The notes beneath the pieces are model-generated. The model ran no database searches and was not told the origin of the DNA. It was given only the letters and a program-made list of their open reading frames with translations. Positions 12,938 to 25,539 of a stretch of 64,000 nucleotides of DNA are shown here, in pieces. A program made the translations under genes and the position numbers. The stretch spans positions 147,289,556 to 147,353,555 of the forward strand of contig NC_092373.1 of assembly GCF_030028105.1 (NCBI RefSeq), written 5' to 3'. Within the stretch, counting starts at the first letter, position 1; each line of letters starts with the position of its first letter. Source of the DNA: Mobula birostris (Eukaryota).

Positions 12938-13940
12938 AATCTCCAGAATCACTAAAGACTCTCTGAAGAGAGGCAACATCACGGAAACTTGTGAGATGAA
13001 ATGAAGTGATTTGAAAAGTGCAGGGAAATGATTCATCCCCAGTTATGGACTGTGGCTCTGTAGGATTTTGTGAACAAAACATGCAAGAGTCATTTCATGT
13101 GCTTAACAAAAGCTACAACCCTTTAATTCCAAATGCAAGCCAAATGCAATCACCTTACACTGATGTCAATATGTCAGACACTGTCTCTTCAAGTGTCCAC
13201 AACAACTCAATGACTGTGTTTGTGAATTGTGTAGAAGTTTCTATTATGAACAATATGTGTCATCTGTCAGCCATAGAGCTGTCACGGCTGTATGGCTATG
13301 TGCTTGTATATTTTTAGGTACTTGATTTCAGATGGATATCCTATATTCAAACTGATATTGAAGTGACCATCTAATGCCCATCACGTATAGTTTACCCATA
13401 AATTTGGAAGTGGGGCTTTATTTATTTTTTTAAAGAACTAGATGGAGTAGTGGAGAAAGTGGAAAATACAAGAGAAGTTCTTTATCAACAGAAAGCCTAG
13501 AGTTCCTCCAAGGCCACACTTGAAGAAGCCAATTTAGGATATGAACATCTGGAGCCAAATAGCAATGCCCTGGATGTGAGTCAACAGGAAGTTCAAAGTG
13601 ATCAGTGCATTATACCCCATCAATGGCACTACCTTAACCTCCCATGGAGAGGGCTATGTTGTTATTAATTCAATTGGCTATGACTAAAGCTTTACCCTGT
13701 TACAGATTGTAATCATTGTATGATGGTGACATCCTCATAACCAATCCTCCATTTTACAATTTACTACTTCTTCATTCTAGAATCTCTTCTGATTTCCAGG
13801 TTACAGATGGTGGAAGCATGTTACATAAGAGATTAAATAATACTGACAAAATATTCCACCTTTGCATTTATATTTTACCAATCATTTGAACTTTGCAGCT
13901 TGTCACTCTCCCACTCAGACTGCGGTTCTATGTTTATTTT

Positions 13941-15430
13941 TGTCATGGTCCAGTCCGTGTAGTCCGTATTCCGGTTCACGGTCTGGTCCATCGACCCTTG
14001 CTCCAGGTTTTCCTGTCTACCTTGTTTCTGTTCTTGTTGAGCTCTAATTGAGGCAGCTGATGCTCATTGGGGCTGGCTGAATAAATACCTTCTAGACCAG
14101 GGCGTGGCTGCTGGATTGTTCTTGTCCTTACTCCATGTATCCCTTCCTCTGCCTTCTGTTTCCTCGCCTGAAGCCCTGCCTTGTCTTTCCGGCAACTCTT
14201 GCCTCACCTGAAGTTCTCGTCTCGCCTTGCATTGCCTGAAGCCTTGCCTTGTCTTGCTGGTAACTCTTGCCGTGTCTCGCTTGCAGTTTTGTCCTGGAGC
14301 CACCCTGTACCTAGCTCCCTTCCAGTCCCTTGCCTCTGCCCAGAGGTAAGCCAGGCTATCTTGCCATTACCTGCGGTTGGTTCTGTCCCCTCCTGTCCCT
14401 TGCCTCCGTTGGGTAAGCCAGGCCGTCTTGCCATTACCTGCCGTTGGTTCTGTCCCTTCCTGACCCTTGCCTCTGTCGGGTGGTGATCCGCGCCCTGCCC
14501 AGGAGGAGCTTCCTGTCTCCTGCCTCCAGCCTCCAACCTTGTCTTGCCTCAAGTCTCCTGCCTCCAGCCTCCAGCCTCACCTTGCCTCAAGTCTCCTGCC
14601 TCCAGCCTCCTGCCAAGCTTCGCGTCAAGTCTCAAGTCTCCAGCCTCCTGCCAAGCCTAGCCTCAAGCCTGAAGACTTCTGCCTCCTGCCTAGCCTCAAG
14701 TCTGAAGACTCCCGCCTCCTGCCTAGTCTCACGTCTGAAGACTCCAGCTTCCTGCCTAGCCTCAAGCCTGAAGACTCCCGCCTCCCGCCTAGCCTCAAGC
14801 CTGAAGACTCCCACCTCCCGCCTAGCCTCAAGCCTGAAGACTCCAGCCTCCCACCTAGCCTCAAGCCTGAAGGCTCCAGCCTCCTGCCTAGCCTCAAGTC
14901 TGAAGACTCCCGCCTCCTGCCTAGCCTCAAGTCTGAAGACTCCCGCCTCCTGCCTAGCTTCAAGCCTGAAGACTCCCGCCTCCTGCCTAGCCTCAAGCCT
15001 GAAGACTCCCGCCTCCTGCCTAGCCTCAAGCCTGAAGACTCCCGCCTCCTGCCTAGCTTCAAGCCTGAAGACTCCCGCCTCCTGCCTCCTGCCAAGCCTC
15101 GCCTCAAGTCTCCTGCCTCCTGCCAAGCATCGCCTCAGGTCTCCTGCCTCCTGCCAAGCCTCGCCTCAAGTCTCTAAGACTCCAGCCTCGTCCTCCCTGC
15201 CAGCCAAGCCTTGTCCTTGCCTAGTTCTGGGGTCCGAGCCAGAGGCAAGACCCAGGCACTGGGTCCTTGTCCAGTATCTGGCTCGGAGTCCAAGCCCGGG
15301 CTCCTAACTCTCTTGTCCAGTCCTGTTCCGGTTTCCCGGTTTTCATGTCCATGTCCTTGCTCTCACCCTGTATCCTAGTCTGTGTCTGTGTCTTGCACTT
15401 GGGTCTGTTTCTACCCACCCCGTTATGACA
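13941..15430 (+). mobile_element. Solo LTR (Gypsy-type), 1490 bp, expanded by internal tandem repeats
   Basis: TGTCAT...ATGACA termini, a perfect 5-bp TSD ATTTT (13936-13940 and 15431-15435) and a TATA-like 'aataaatacc' near 14080. Confidence 0.88.
14656..15084. repeat. Minisatellite, 13 copies of a 33-bp unit (CCTAGCCTCAAGCCTGAAGACTCCCGCCTCCTG)
   Basis: Head-to-tail copies with no spacers. It gives 11-aa periodicity in four reading frames of the ORF track. Confidence 0.97.
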
Positions 15431-15999
15431 ATTTTTCAGGCTTATAAACTTTTGCATGTCCTCATACATAAGCATTTTACGAAATATTGGATTGCAATAT
15501 TGGAAATGTAACAGCCAATTTATGCACAAAAATAGAAGCCAATTATCCCCTTTCTTTGTGAATTTTGGGATACCAAGGAGAAGATATCTTTATGAAAGGA
15601 GATGCATAGCATTTTTTCCATTCATCTCAGACAGCAGGCTCAGCTTTAAGAGAAGACACTTGCAACAGTCCAGTACTTCTACATACAGCTGACTAGAGTA
15701 CTATTTACTTAAGAACAACCAACTAATCTGAGATGCTATGTGTTATAATAAATATACATTCTCAAAGTATTTACTTGGTATCTTGTAGCTGATGCTCCAT
15801 TTAGTCTTCTTTCATTTTCTTGTCTTTAATTTTCTTTCTTTAATTTTGTCAGGAGAATTTATTTCTTTTCTTCATTATGCAAGGCTGTAAATATAACTTT
15901 TGGATAGACTTTGCAAAAGTGAATCAGACTGTTTGGTCCAAACATAACTTATTTCTTTTTCCACCGGATATGGAAGTGATCAGAAATGCCAATATTTCA

Positions 16000-16437
16000 T
16001 TAATGTATGAAGAGCATTTGATGGCTCTGGGCCTTTATTAACTGGAGTTTAGAATAATGAGGAGGGCTCTCATTGAAAACTATCAAATATTCAGCAGACT
16101 TGATGGAATGGACATTGAGAGGATGTTTCCAATAGTAGGAGAGTCTATGACCAGATTGTATTGCCTCAGAATAGAAGGACAGAACAGAGATGAGAAGGAA
16201 TTACTTTAGCCAGAGGGTGGTGAATCTGTAGAATTCATTGCCACAAATGGCTGTGGAGACCAAGTCATTGGGTATGTTTAAAGTGGAAGTTGACGGGTTT
16301 TTGATTAATAAGGGTGTCAAACGTTATAGGGAGAAGGCAGGAGAATGGGGTTGAGAGTGATAATAAATCAGCTATGATCAAATGGCAGAGCAGATTCCAT
16401 GGGCCAAATGGCCTAATTCTGCTCCTGTCTGATGGTA
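16000..16437 (+). mobile_element. CR1 3' end (second subfamily)
   Basis: YEEHLMALGL..., 'tttagccagagggtggtgaatctg' and the 3' UTR 'gggccaaatggcctaattctgctcct'. Confidence 0.85.
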
Positions 16438-18679
16438 TTTTTTTATTGTGCATCCCTAATTGGCTGAGATCCCAAGAAGAAGTTTAGAGTCAAGCATGTT
16501 GGTGGGTAGGAATCAAGTATCATTCAAAATGTGTGAGCAATGATAGATTTCCTTCCCCGATGGAAGTGAGAGTACCAGATATTATTTTACAACAATGCAA
16601 AAGTTCTTGTTTACCATTGTTGATACTTATTTTAACTAAGGATTTATTCAATGATTTGAATCTAAATTTCATGGACATTTTGATCAGAATCAAATTTGTG
16701 TTTCTAAATCAGAGATTTAAGCCTCTAAGATACTGGTCCAGCAATTTCACCAGTAGCCAATGTATGAATTCTACCTGTCTGCTATTTCTCTGTATTTCCT
16801 AATCCTCTTTCTACTGTCCACCCATCAGCTGATGCACATCTTGTACATTGTAAACTGTAGCCTTCTAATTACATGTTAAAAAAGGTTCTTCTGTCTCTGC
16901 CCTAAATCTATTACCAAAGATTCCCTATTTTATTTATAATGTGTGTTTGCACATAATTTGCACTTAAACAACTCATAATTTATCCCATAAACTTCTTGGC
17001 TATATTAACATCTGCTCTGATTGTTCTTTCTTGTATTTCACCTTTCCAGGTAGCATCCTTACGAATCTGCACCTTGACTTTTTAATTGATTCAATATACT
17101 TCCTATAATGTTGTGCTCTGAACACTCGGTACATTAACTGTGGTCTAATTGAGTTTTTAGAGAGCTCCACTGAGACTTTTTAAACATTACATTCTACGTA
17201 TTATGATCATAGACCTTATTTTCTATATAAGATGTTCTTTAAAGGTATTATAATCAAAAAATTCCAAATTCCCATGTTCTACTGCATTGCGGACTTTTGT
17301 CAGGTAAACTATAATTAATATTATTTTTGTTAAAATGTATTACCCTGATTGGTTTCCTCATCCTGGTCGTCCTACAGCTAATAAAACTACATTTCAACTC
17401 ATAGTTATGTTTTCTGCTTTTGAATATTCCCTTCCTAGAAAGCAATGGAATGCCTTACCATCCTCAACTTTACTCCCCTTGACTAGTCTTAAAGGTTTAA
17501 TAATCTAAGTTATTTCAGGTTTCTTCCATTCTTTGTTTTTTTTTGGTGTCCTGCACAATGGGCTTTTGACTTATTAAGGTTCTCTGCTATTTCATTAAGT
17601 TGTCTTTGAGGCTGAATGCTATTAGGTCAATCAGTCTTCATCAATGCTAAACATCAAAAGTGACCCTATAATTATCTCTGGCAACTTCATGTGCTTTTCA
17701 TTCAATTTAAGCACTTGCAGATTAAATCAACATTAAAAATGATTTCACTGTGACATTTTGGCAAAGATGACAATAGATTATCCTGCTGGCATTTTATCTA
17801 AAGCTGAACTTAATGCAATAGGAACAGTAGATATAACCCAGCAGAGACCAACTTGCTAAACCGAAAACATAATTATAGTCTCATGCATCCCAACAAACTG
17901 ATGCACCTGCACGTTCAAAACCTCCTCTCCATTTGTTTCTTACTCCTTCCACTTACTTACAGCTTTCCACATGAATTGTGTTACTGACAAGTGATACGAT
18001 TACAATGCGAGCAAAAGTTTGCTGCTATTTATACATTGGTTTAATACATGGGAAACTTCATAAAACAGTTCATGCAATTCACTGCTTTTGTAATTTGCCA
18101 AATCAAATTCACAGCCTTTCAGATATCAAACCTGATTTATCAAATCAAATTTTAAACATGTAATCGCACTTATTTGCTTCAGGCAATGCTGTATTTTCTT
18201 CTGGTCTATTTCACCTCATTTTGATTTGTCCATTCTTATCATCCCTGGTGCAGAGAGAACAATTCACCACCTGTCTTTATATGCAGACTGGACTTGAGAA
18301 AGGGAACTAACCTTGTCTAGGTTAAGAACAGTACTTACTTTTCTTAACCTAGCTGCACTGTTAGAGCTGCTGTGCGGTGCCTGCTCTGATGTTTGGACAG
18401 GAGGTGTGACACATCTCTACCATTTTCCCTCCTCATCTACAAAACAATTAAATGGACCCTGCACTTCCCATTCAATGCTACCCTGATCCATGTGTGTAAC
18501 TGGGACCGGCTGTAAAAGAAAGAAACACTTCTGTTTATGCAGTACCTTCTGCAGTCTTTGCTCATTACTATGTGTTTTTCTAATAACAATGCATATTTTG
18601 CAGTGTGGTCAATTTATAATGGTGGAAATGTGTCTGCCACGTTGTACACAAACTCTTGTAAACACCAGTGACAGATATC

Positions 18680-18950
18680 AGAGAACTGATTTTAGCTGAG
18701 CTGGTGGAGGGATTAAAATCAAACAGAACGCTGAGACAGCTTCTTTGCTCTTATTCAAAACAGAACCAGGGGATTTTGACATCTGCCAGAGAAGTCACAC
18801 ATGGGAACCTTGCTTTAACATTCCATCTGAAAGACAAACACATCAGGTTCAGCAGCCTCTCCTAATATTGAACCAGGATGTGAGGCTGGAATTCAGTGAT
18901 TAGATCTGATTTAAAAAATAAGGTGCCTAGTAACCAAATAAGTTAACACT
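18680..18950 (-). mobile_element. Ancient Deu-domain SINE relic (SacSINE1/AmnSINE1-like)
   Basis: 'ggggattttgacatctgccagaga...ccttgctttaacattccatctgaaagac...cagcctctcc' matches the reverse of the Deu-SINE core as I recall it. A weaker copy is at about 15600-15730. Confidence 0.55.
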
Positions 18951-19220
18951 CTTCCTCCTAATCAGCAAATCAAAAAAGCCATTAAAGTGAACAAGGCATT
19001 GTTTAGTCTGATAGGCATGTATCATGGAGGCACATTTATAAGTGTAACTCTCTAGCTCTACATTGGTCTACATGTGAAATCTCATGATGGAACATTTACG
19101 TAAAGCCCAAGAGTTACTTATCTGGGAGTGGCCGCATGACTGGTTTTGTTTGGAACAAATACCCAAGCACAGAGTAATCTGGCTGTAAAGCTTTATCTGT
19201 TATCACTCATGCTAAGTTTT

Positions 19221-19523
19221 GGAGCGTAGCCAAGTGGTTAAGGCATTCGTCTAGTGATCTGAAGGTCGCTAGTTCGAGCCTTGGCTAAGGCAGCATGTTG
19301 TGCCCTTCAGTAAGGCACTTAACCACACATTGCTCTGCAATGACACCGGTGCCAAGCTGTATGGGTCCTAATGCCCTTCCCTTGGACAACATCAGTGGCA
19401 TGGAGAGGGGAGACAACTGCACATGGGCAACTGCCAGTCTTCCATACAACCTTACCCTGGCCTGTGTCCTGGAAACCTTCCAAGGCGCAAATCCATGGTC
19501 TCATGAGTCTAATGGATGCCTAA
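19221..19523 (+). mobile_element. tRNA-derived SINE with an intact Pol III promoter
   Basis: A box GTAGCCAAGTGG (19226-19237) and B box GTTCGAGCC (19272-19280), followed by the SINE body 'tgttgtgcccttcagtaaggcacttaacc' rather than an acceptor stem. Confidence 0.85.
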
Positions 19524-19984
19524 AGAGAAAATGAGTAGAAAGTAAATGAATACATCAATTTGAATGCAACAGGTGACCAATATGCTCAAATTCATTTGAG
19601 TACTAGCAAACAAGTGCATAACAGACCTACAAAACCTACTGATGTTCTCCAGTGAAGGCACGTTACCTTGAAGAGCTGATCCCCATTTTGAAAGTTTCTT
19701 ACATTACCCTTCTAAATCGCATTGGAAATTAAGGCTATTGGTTAATATGCACTTTACAGTATCTGGATGTCATTGTCAAATTTGGCAACTAATGTCCACC
19801 TCCAATTGGTTTTGAACCAAATGACTTTGAACTTTGAGCACTGGAGCACTGCCACAGGATAGTAACATCCATCATCAAAGTATCCCCACCATCTGGGCCA
19901 TGCTCTCTTCTCACTGTTGCCACTAGGAAGAAGGTACAGGAGCCCCAGAAACCACACCGGCAGGTTCAGGATGTTCAAAAAATA

Positions 19985-20305
19985 CAAAGGGTGATCGATA
20001 AGTTCGTGGCCTGAGGTAGAAGGAGATGAGTTATTAACTTCAAACTTTCTGCATAATCAGTCAAAGAGTTGAACTGCATGTGCATGTAACGAGAGCTGTA
20101 TAACTCATCTCCTTCTGCCTTAGACCACAAACTTGTCAATCATCCCTGCTGTGGACACTTTCTGGAGGTCCAAGATCCATATGTTTCACGACCACTGGAC
20201 TAAGTGTGTAAATGTACGAGGAGACTATGTTGAAAAATAAATGTGCTAGGTTTTCTAAAATTGACTCCTTCTACCTTAGGCCACAAACTTATCAATCCCC
20301 CCTCG
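19985..20305 (+). mobile_element. Non-autonomous mariner derivative (irritans/Hsmar2-like)
   Basis: TA flanks on both sides, ~38-bp TIRs and the transposase C-terminus HDHWTKCVNVRGDYVEK*. An extra internal TIR lies at 20101-20147. Confidence 0.88.
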
Positions 20306-20319
20306 TACATTCAATTAAC

Positions 20320-20588
20320 CAGGGTGTTGTGAAACCAAGAGCTAGAGGGCATAGGTTTAAATTCAGTGTGGGGGGGGATTTTTTATATGAATCAGAGGGG
20401 CAACTTTTTTACCCCAAAAGTGGTTAGTTCAAATGGTTGAAACAGGTACATTGACAAAGTTTAAAAGACATTTGGATGGATACATTTATAGGGATATGGG
20501 CCAAGTATCAGAGATGAGAACTTTGGTTTGCATGGACCCGTTGGACTGAAGGGTATGTTCCTGTGCTGTATTATTCGTTAATTCTAAG
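20320..20588 (+). mobile_element. CR1 3' end fragment
   Basis: RARGHRFK, 'tttaaaagacatttggat' and 'ggactgaagggtatgttcctgtgctgta'. Confidence 0.75.
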
Positions 20589-20734
20589 CAGATGAAATTA
20601 TGGAATTTTAATTTGGGTCTCTGGATGCTTAATGCTGGTAACTTAATTTCTGCCCCATTACCATAGTCTACACTGTAAACACCCTAACAGAAACATATTT
20701 GGTTCCTTTTACTTACACAACATTTCTGAAGCAG

Positions 20735-21060
20735 GCAGGTCATGGGTTAAGGGTGAAAGGTGAAATGTTTAAGGGAAACATGAGGGGGAATGTCTTTATT
20801 CCGAGGATGGTGCGCGTGTGGAATGAGCTGCCAGTGGAAGTGGTGGAGACGGGTTTAATTTCAAAATTTAAGAAACAATTGGACATTGTTAAGAGACATT
20901 TAAGAGACAAGGCCATGGATGGGAGAAGTATGGAGAGCTACAGTTTGGGTGCAGGTCAATGAAACTAATTGACCTGTACCTGGACCAGAATAATCTACAG
21001 CACAGACTAGATGGGCCGATGGGCCTGTTTTGTGCCGTGGTGTTCTATGACTCTTCAATA
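20735..21060 (+). mobile_element. CR1 3' end fragment
   Basis: GHGLRVKGEMFKGNMRGNVF..RMVRVWNELP, then 'gggccgatgggcctgtt' and a (CTATGA) tail. Confidence 0.85.
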
Positions 21061-21449
21061 ACTCTATGACTGTAATGTACAGTGCACTTAGTATGTTCAA
21101 CTAGAACGGATTTCCAGTCTCTGGTTCTTGGATCACAACAAAAGTCATGTTCAATTTTTATTTATAGTAATTCATAAAGGCTGAAATCTCTGAAGTCACA
21201 TATCAAGTTCAAATTTCATATGTTTTTGTTATCAGTTAATATTTTTGTTATCATTTAATATTTTTGTTATCAGTTAATATTCATGTTTTCATGTTATTTA
21301 TGTTTTGAATCCTTTAAAAATTCATAAACAACAAATCAAAAGTAACAGGACTGACATAATTTTAATTTGGCTTGCTTTTTAATGGATAGTCTAGAATGGT
21401 CATGATACTTGCTTTAAATTACTGTTAATGTCTGAAAGAACAAGGACAA

Positions 21450-21897
21450 CCGGGTAAAGTCCTCCCTACCATTGAGTACATTTACATAAATAGTTGCCGT
21501 CATCAGCAAAGATCCTCATCACCTAGGTCATGTTCTTTTCTCGCTGCTGCCATCAGGTAGAAAGTACCGATGCCTCAGAGCTCAAAGCATCAGGTTCAAG
21601 AACAGATACTACCCTCAACCATCAGACTCTTGAACAAAGAGGATGACTATATCATACTATTTCTGGTGTTCTCACAACCAACGATCTCACTTTAAGGACT
21701 CTTTATCTTGTTATTTCATGCTCTCATTATTTATTGCTATTTATTTATATTTCCATTTGCAGTTTGTTGTTCATTGATCCTGTTTACAGTTACTATTCTA
21801 TGGATTTGCTAAGTATGTCTGCAGGAAAAAGAATCTCAAGGTTGTATGTGCTGACATGTATGTACTCTGATATTAAATTTTACTTTGAACTTTGAAC
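21450..21897 (+). mobile_element. Rex1/Babar-like LINE 3' end
   Basis: KDPHHLGHVLFSLLPSGRKYR motif and a (TTTGAAC)n tail. Confidence 0.8.
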
Positions 21898-22796
21898 ATA
21901 AGAGATAGAGACAGGAGTTTGCCATACCACCTTGAATCCTGCTTCCTCATTCATCAAAATCTGTTTTATTTTCTTCCTCAACACCATCTTCCAGATATAT
22001 CTTCTCATCCTTTATTCCCTTAATGTCCATTAATATGGTGTTGGTCAAAGGGCTTCACTAATTTGCTTTGGAAAATGCTAGAGGGCCTAACACCATGAGC
22101 ATCTCTCTGATAATTCAGATAAATAATCAATGGCTTTCATTTTAATTTCTTGGATATTTTGTCCAGATAGGGAATACTGATGATATTATTACTGACTTGG
22201 CAGTTACTGAGCTCAGTACTGAGAGGGAGATTAACACACTGAGTTGAAATGAAATGACTGCTGAAACACCTCGAATGCTGATTAAATTTCTAATAACATA
22301 AAATCAGATCTCTGACATTGAAAGACTTTCAATAACATTTCCCAGCAATTTCTCCTGATTATTTGAGCAAAAGTGTTTCAATAAATGCACTTGTACAAAA
22401 TTCACAGAAGTATAGGAACCAAAAGAATGTCACTGCTTTTTTAAAGATATATATTATCTGCCTGATTTTTATAACAGATTCTAATGGCCACATTTGCTTT
22501 TTAATTTCTGGCCGCTTCAATCTAACAATAGCACTCTGCTTTATTCCTTGAAATTTTCATTTTCCTGAAAACATGTTGAGGTGAATTATGTAACATGTCA
22601 CAGGGTCAGTCTCTGGAGGGGAGAGAGTTAATGAAACCTCTGGTTTTCAATGGCATTAGTGCCATAGAGGATCTGAAGATGATAGCTCACAAAATGAAAT
22701 ATCTTGCTTCTTTTAATCATTGTTGTCTAATCTTTAGTTAGTTGTCACATTTCATGGGAAGTAGCATGAGAAAAATGACTTTTCTAGTACCTGATC

Positions 22797-23009
22797 TGTA
22801 ATATTTTTGTAATATGTAAATATATTTGCTTAAGCATTCTTTGTTTACATAATTTATTATGGGTTATATGTAAATGTATGTGAATGGCATACATCATTAT
22901 GCCACCACATTATATCTGAGTGCCTGACTTCAGAGAAACGAAGTACACAAATATCCTTACTATTGTTTTTTTTTCTTTTGATTAGTTTCTGGAGTAACAA
23001 ATCATAACA
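22797..23009 (+). mobile_element. Short solo LTR (decayed)
   Basis: TG...CA termini ('tgtaata...cataaca') and homology to 53853-54014. No clean TSD. Confidence 0.5.
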
Positions 23010-23612
23010 GTCTTTGGGTTGAAAAGCATACTATGAAATCTTGATTTCCATAGCAATGATTCTTGTCCTATTTGGGAACAGTTGGTCTTAAAATAGATTT
23101 GTTTTCTCCAGTCTTTCAATTCTGTGGTCTCACTCAAACAGAAACAGTGAAAGATATTCCCACTGAGAGTCAGGCTTTGCTTTCCAGTGAAATGGTCAGC
23201 ACAATTGTCCTGCTGTCTAGTACATTTTATTGCAATGTTAACCAGACACTGGACGATAGGGGACAGATAAAAATGTGGTGAGCATTAGCACACACCTATC
23301 AGAATTATAATTCTGAAAAAACTTATTTTAATAAGAAGGAGATCCTTCTTTGGTGCTTTACAAGCCTGACTGTTATAGAAACACAAGATAGGTGCACAAT
23401 TACCAACGGTTGACTAGTGGTATCTTGACCAATTAATTAGAATTGCTGCTCACTATTTTAGTGTTACAAATAATCTTCACAAGTGAGCAACAGATAACAT
23501 CAGTCATCACAAAGTTCAAAAGCAAAGTGTTTTCGTTTAGAACACATTTTTGATATTTAGGTACTTTGTTGTGCTATAGATCACATGATTCTGTGCAGAA
23601 CTGAAAGCAGAA

Positions 23613-23905
23613 TGGTAGGGTAGCAGTTAGTGCAATCACTTTGGAGTACCAGCGATCAGCAATCACGGTTTGATTCCTGTTGCTGTCTGTAAAGAGTTTG
23701 CATGTTTTCCCCGTGACCGTGTGGATTTCTCCTGATGCTCTGATTTCCTCCTACTTGTACAGTTAGGGTTAGTGAGTTGTCAACATGCTATGTTGGTGCC
23801 AGAAGCCCCAGCACAATTCTCCGCCTGTGTGGTTATTGATGCAAAGTGATGCGTTTCATTATATGTTCTGATGTTTTGATGTACATGTGGCAAATAAAGC
23901 GACCC
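23613..23905 (+). mobile_element. V-SINE with a Rex-like tail
   Basis: tRNA-like head, 'gagtttgcatgttttccccgtgaccgtgtggatttctcc' core and 'gtacatgtggcaaataaagc' tail. Confidence 0.75.
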
Positions 23906-24621
23906 TTTAAAACCTTTAATTGAGATTTACTATGCATTAATAGAGTCAAGTTGATTTTCTTGTTTTGGATAAACTACGAAATAGCACTTTCCCATTTTTA
24001 TTAATTCATGTCCCATGCAGAAAGTCAGATTTTGCATGGAACTTATTTTTTTGTGAGCAAGTGAAACTTAACATTATCAGTGGTAGAATGGCTCAAGGAG
24101 CAATCCACAGTTTAAACTTTGGTCTTTTTTTTATTGCTAACTTGGGACAGGGATTTAAGTTTAATCACTTTGGAAGGACCATGCTAAACAGATACATGCA
24201 CATATATACTCATATGAATGTGTCCTTAATGCATTTAATAATTATTTGGTGACAGTGTCCATGAATATTCACTATCCAGGGTCAGTAGTTCTTTTGCAAA
24301 ACTCAACTTTTAGGTACAGCAGAAGTAACTGCTCAAAGTTTAAGATGTTTATTGTTAATAGTTGACTAGTATTATTTAGCCATCCTCTCGAGAAAAAGTA
24401 CTGTCCAGGCTCAGGAAGCCTATTGTTGATTTAACTGAGACTACAACTTTATCAGGAGGATGAACGTTGTCTGTTAACTTACAGTTTCTGCCATCTGACC
24501 TGACCAATACAGTTGTGAAAGCATCACATACAGATGAAATCATTACTAGATGATGAGCTAAAAATGATATAATTATTCGAAGGCTGTAAGGGTGAGAAAG
24601 AATTACAGAGATATAGATATA

Positions 24622-25492
24622 GAACTTCCAATTTAAGATGGCGCTGCTGAGGGCGAGTGAAAACTTACTGGCTGTTTTCAAAGCAAGAAATACAACTAAA
24701 TACCTTATTAACAAGATCCTTTCTATAAAATATAATGGTAAACAATCACTGTAAATAATGACGAGGAGAGTAAAAGCAAGGCTGAGTCGAGGGTGGAAGC
24801 ATGTGGGTAAGAGGAGAAATCAGAGTGAGATCATGGCATGTTTGAGACAGAGCTGGGGCTGGGGCTTGTGAAGTGGAGAAAAGTCTGACTATAGGAGAAG
24901 CAATTTCGGGGCCTCTCCATTTAAACAGAGAGTGAGGTTTGATTGATCTAAGTACTAGGCTGATTTGGAAAGGTCAAGTACGAGGCGAGACGCGGCAGTG
25001 ACCTCGAGCATATCGATGCAAAAGGGCCCAGGTTCTAAAGTGAAAAAATGTCCTGATGTTTGGACGATTTGAACACCAGGCCAGATGGTTTGAAAAGGGA
25101 CCAGAGGAGAAGGTCGGTTGGTTCTGCTTGCTGTTCCATGACATTAACTCGGATCTTCACTGCACTGAGGCTAAGGCTTTGGGCCTACTCCAGGTTCCAT
25201 GTCTGTGGGGTCAGCAACATTTTATTCCACCATGTGATGAACTGACACTGAGGCCATGGGCTTGCACTAGCTGCTCTGGGCTTTGTGTCTGTAGACTCAC
25301 TTTCATAACTGCTGTTTGCTTACTTTTATTGTTTGCACGATTTGTTTTTCTTTATCTTCCTCCATATTGGGTGTTTGCCGGTCGTTTTTATGGGGTCTTT
25401 TGGGTTTCTTGATTTGAAGCTGCCTGTGCGGAGACGAATCGCAAGGTTGTATAATGTAAACATTATTTGATAATAAATGCACTTTGAACTTT
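24622..25492 (+). mobile_element. Non-autonomous retroelement with an AAGATGGCG 5' end and a Rex-like 3' tail
   Basis: 'aagatggcgc' at 24635. It ends 'aaggttgtata...tgataataaatgcactttgaacttt'. No RT coding. Confidence 0.6.
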
Positions 25493-25539
25493 AGAGTCCT
25501 CTCCTCAGGCTCAACCCAAAAAGGATCTCGATCCATAGC

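Noticed and set aside
14656-15084. 33-bp repeats as a CRISPR array
   Set aside because: The units are contiguous with no unique spacers, there are no cas genes, and the array lies inside a eukaryotic solo LTR.
14444-15307. 287-, 236-, 164- and 160-aa ORFs as real proteins
   Set aside because: They arise because the 33-bp unit lacks stops in four frames. They overlap on both strands and have no domain signal.
19221-19295. tRNA gene
   Set aside because: A and B boxes are present, but there is no paired acceptor stem or terminator and the sequence continues into a SINE body.
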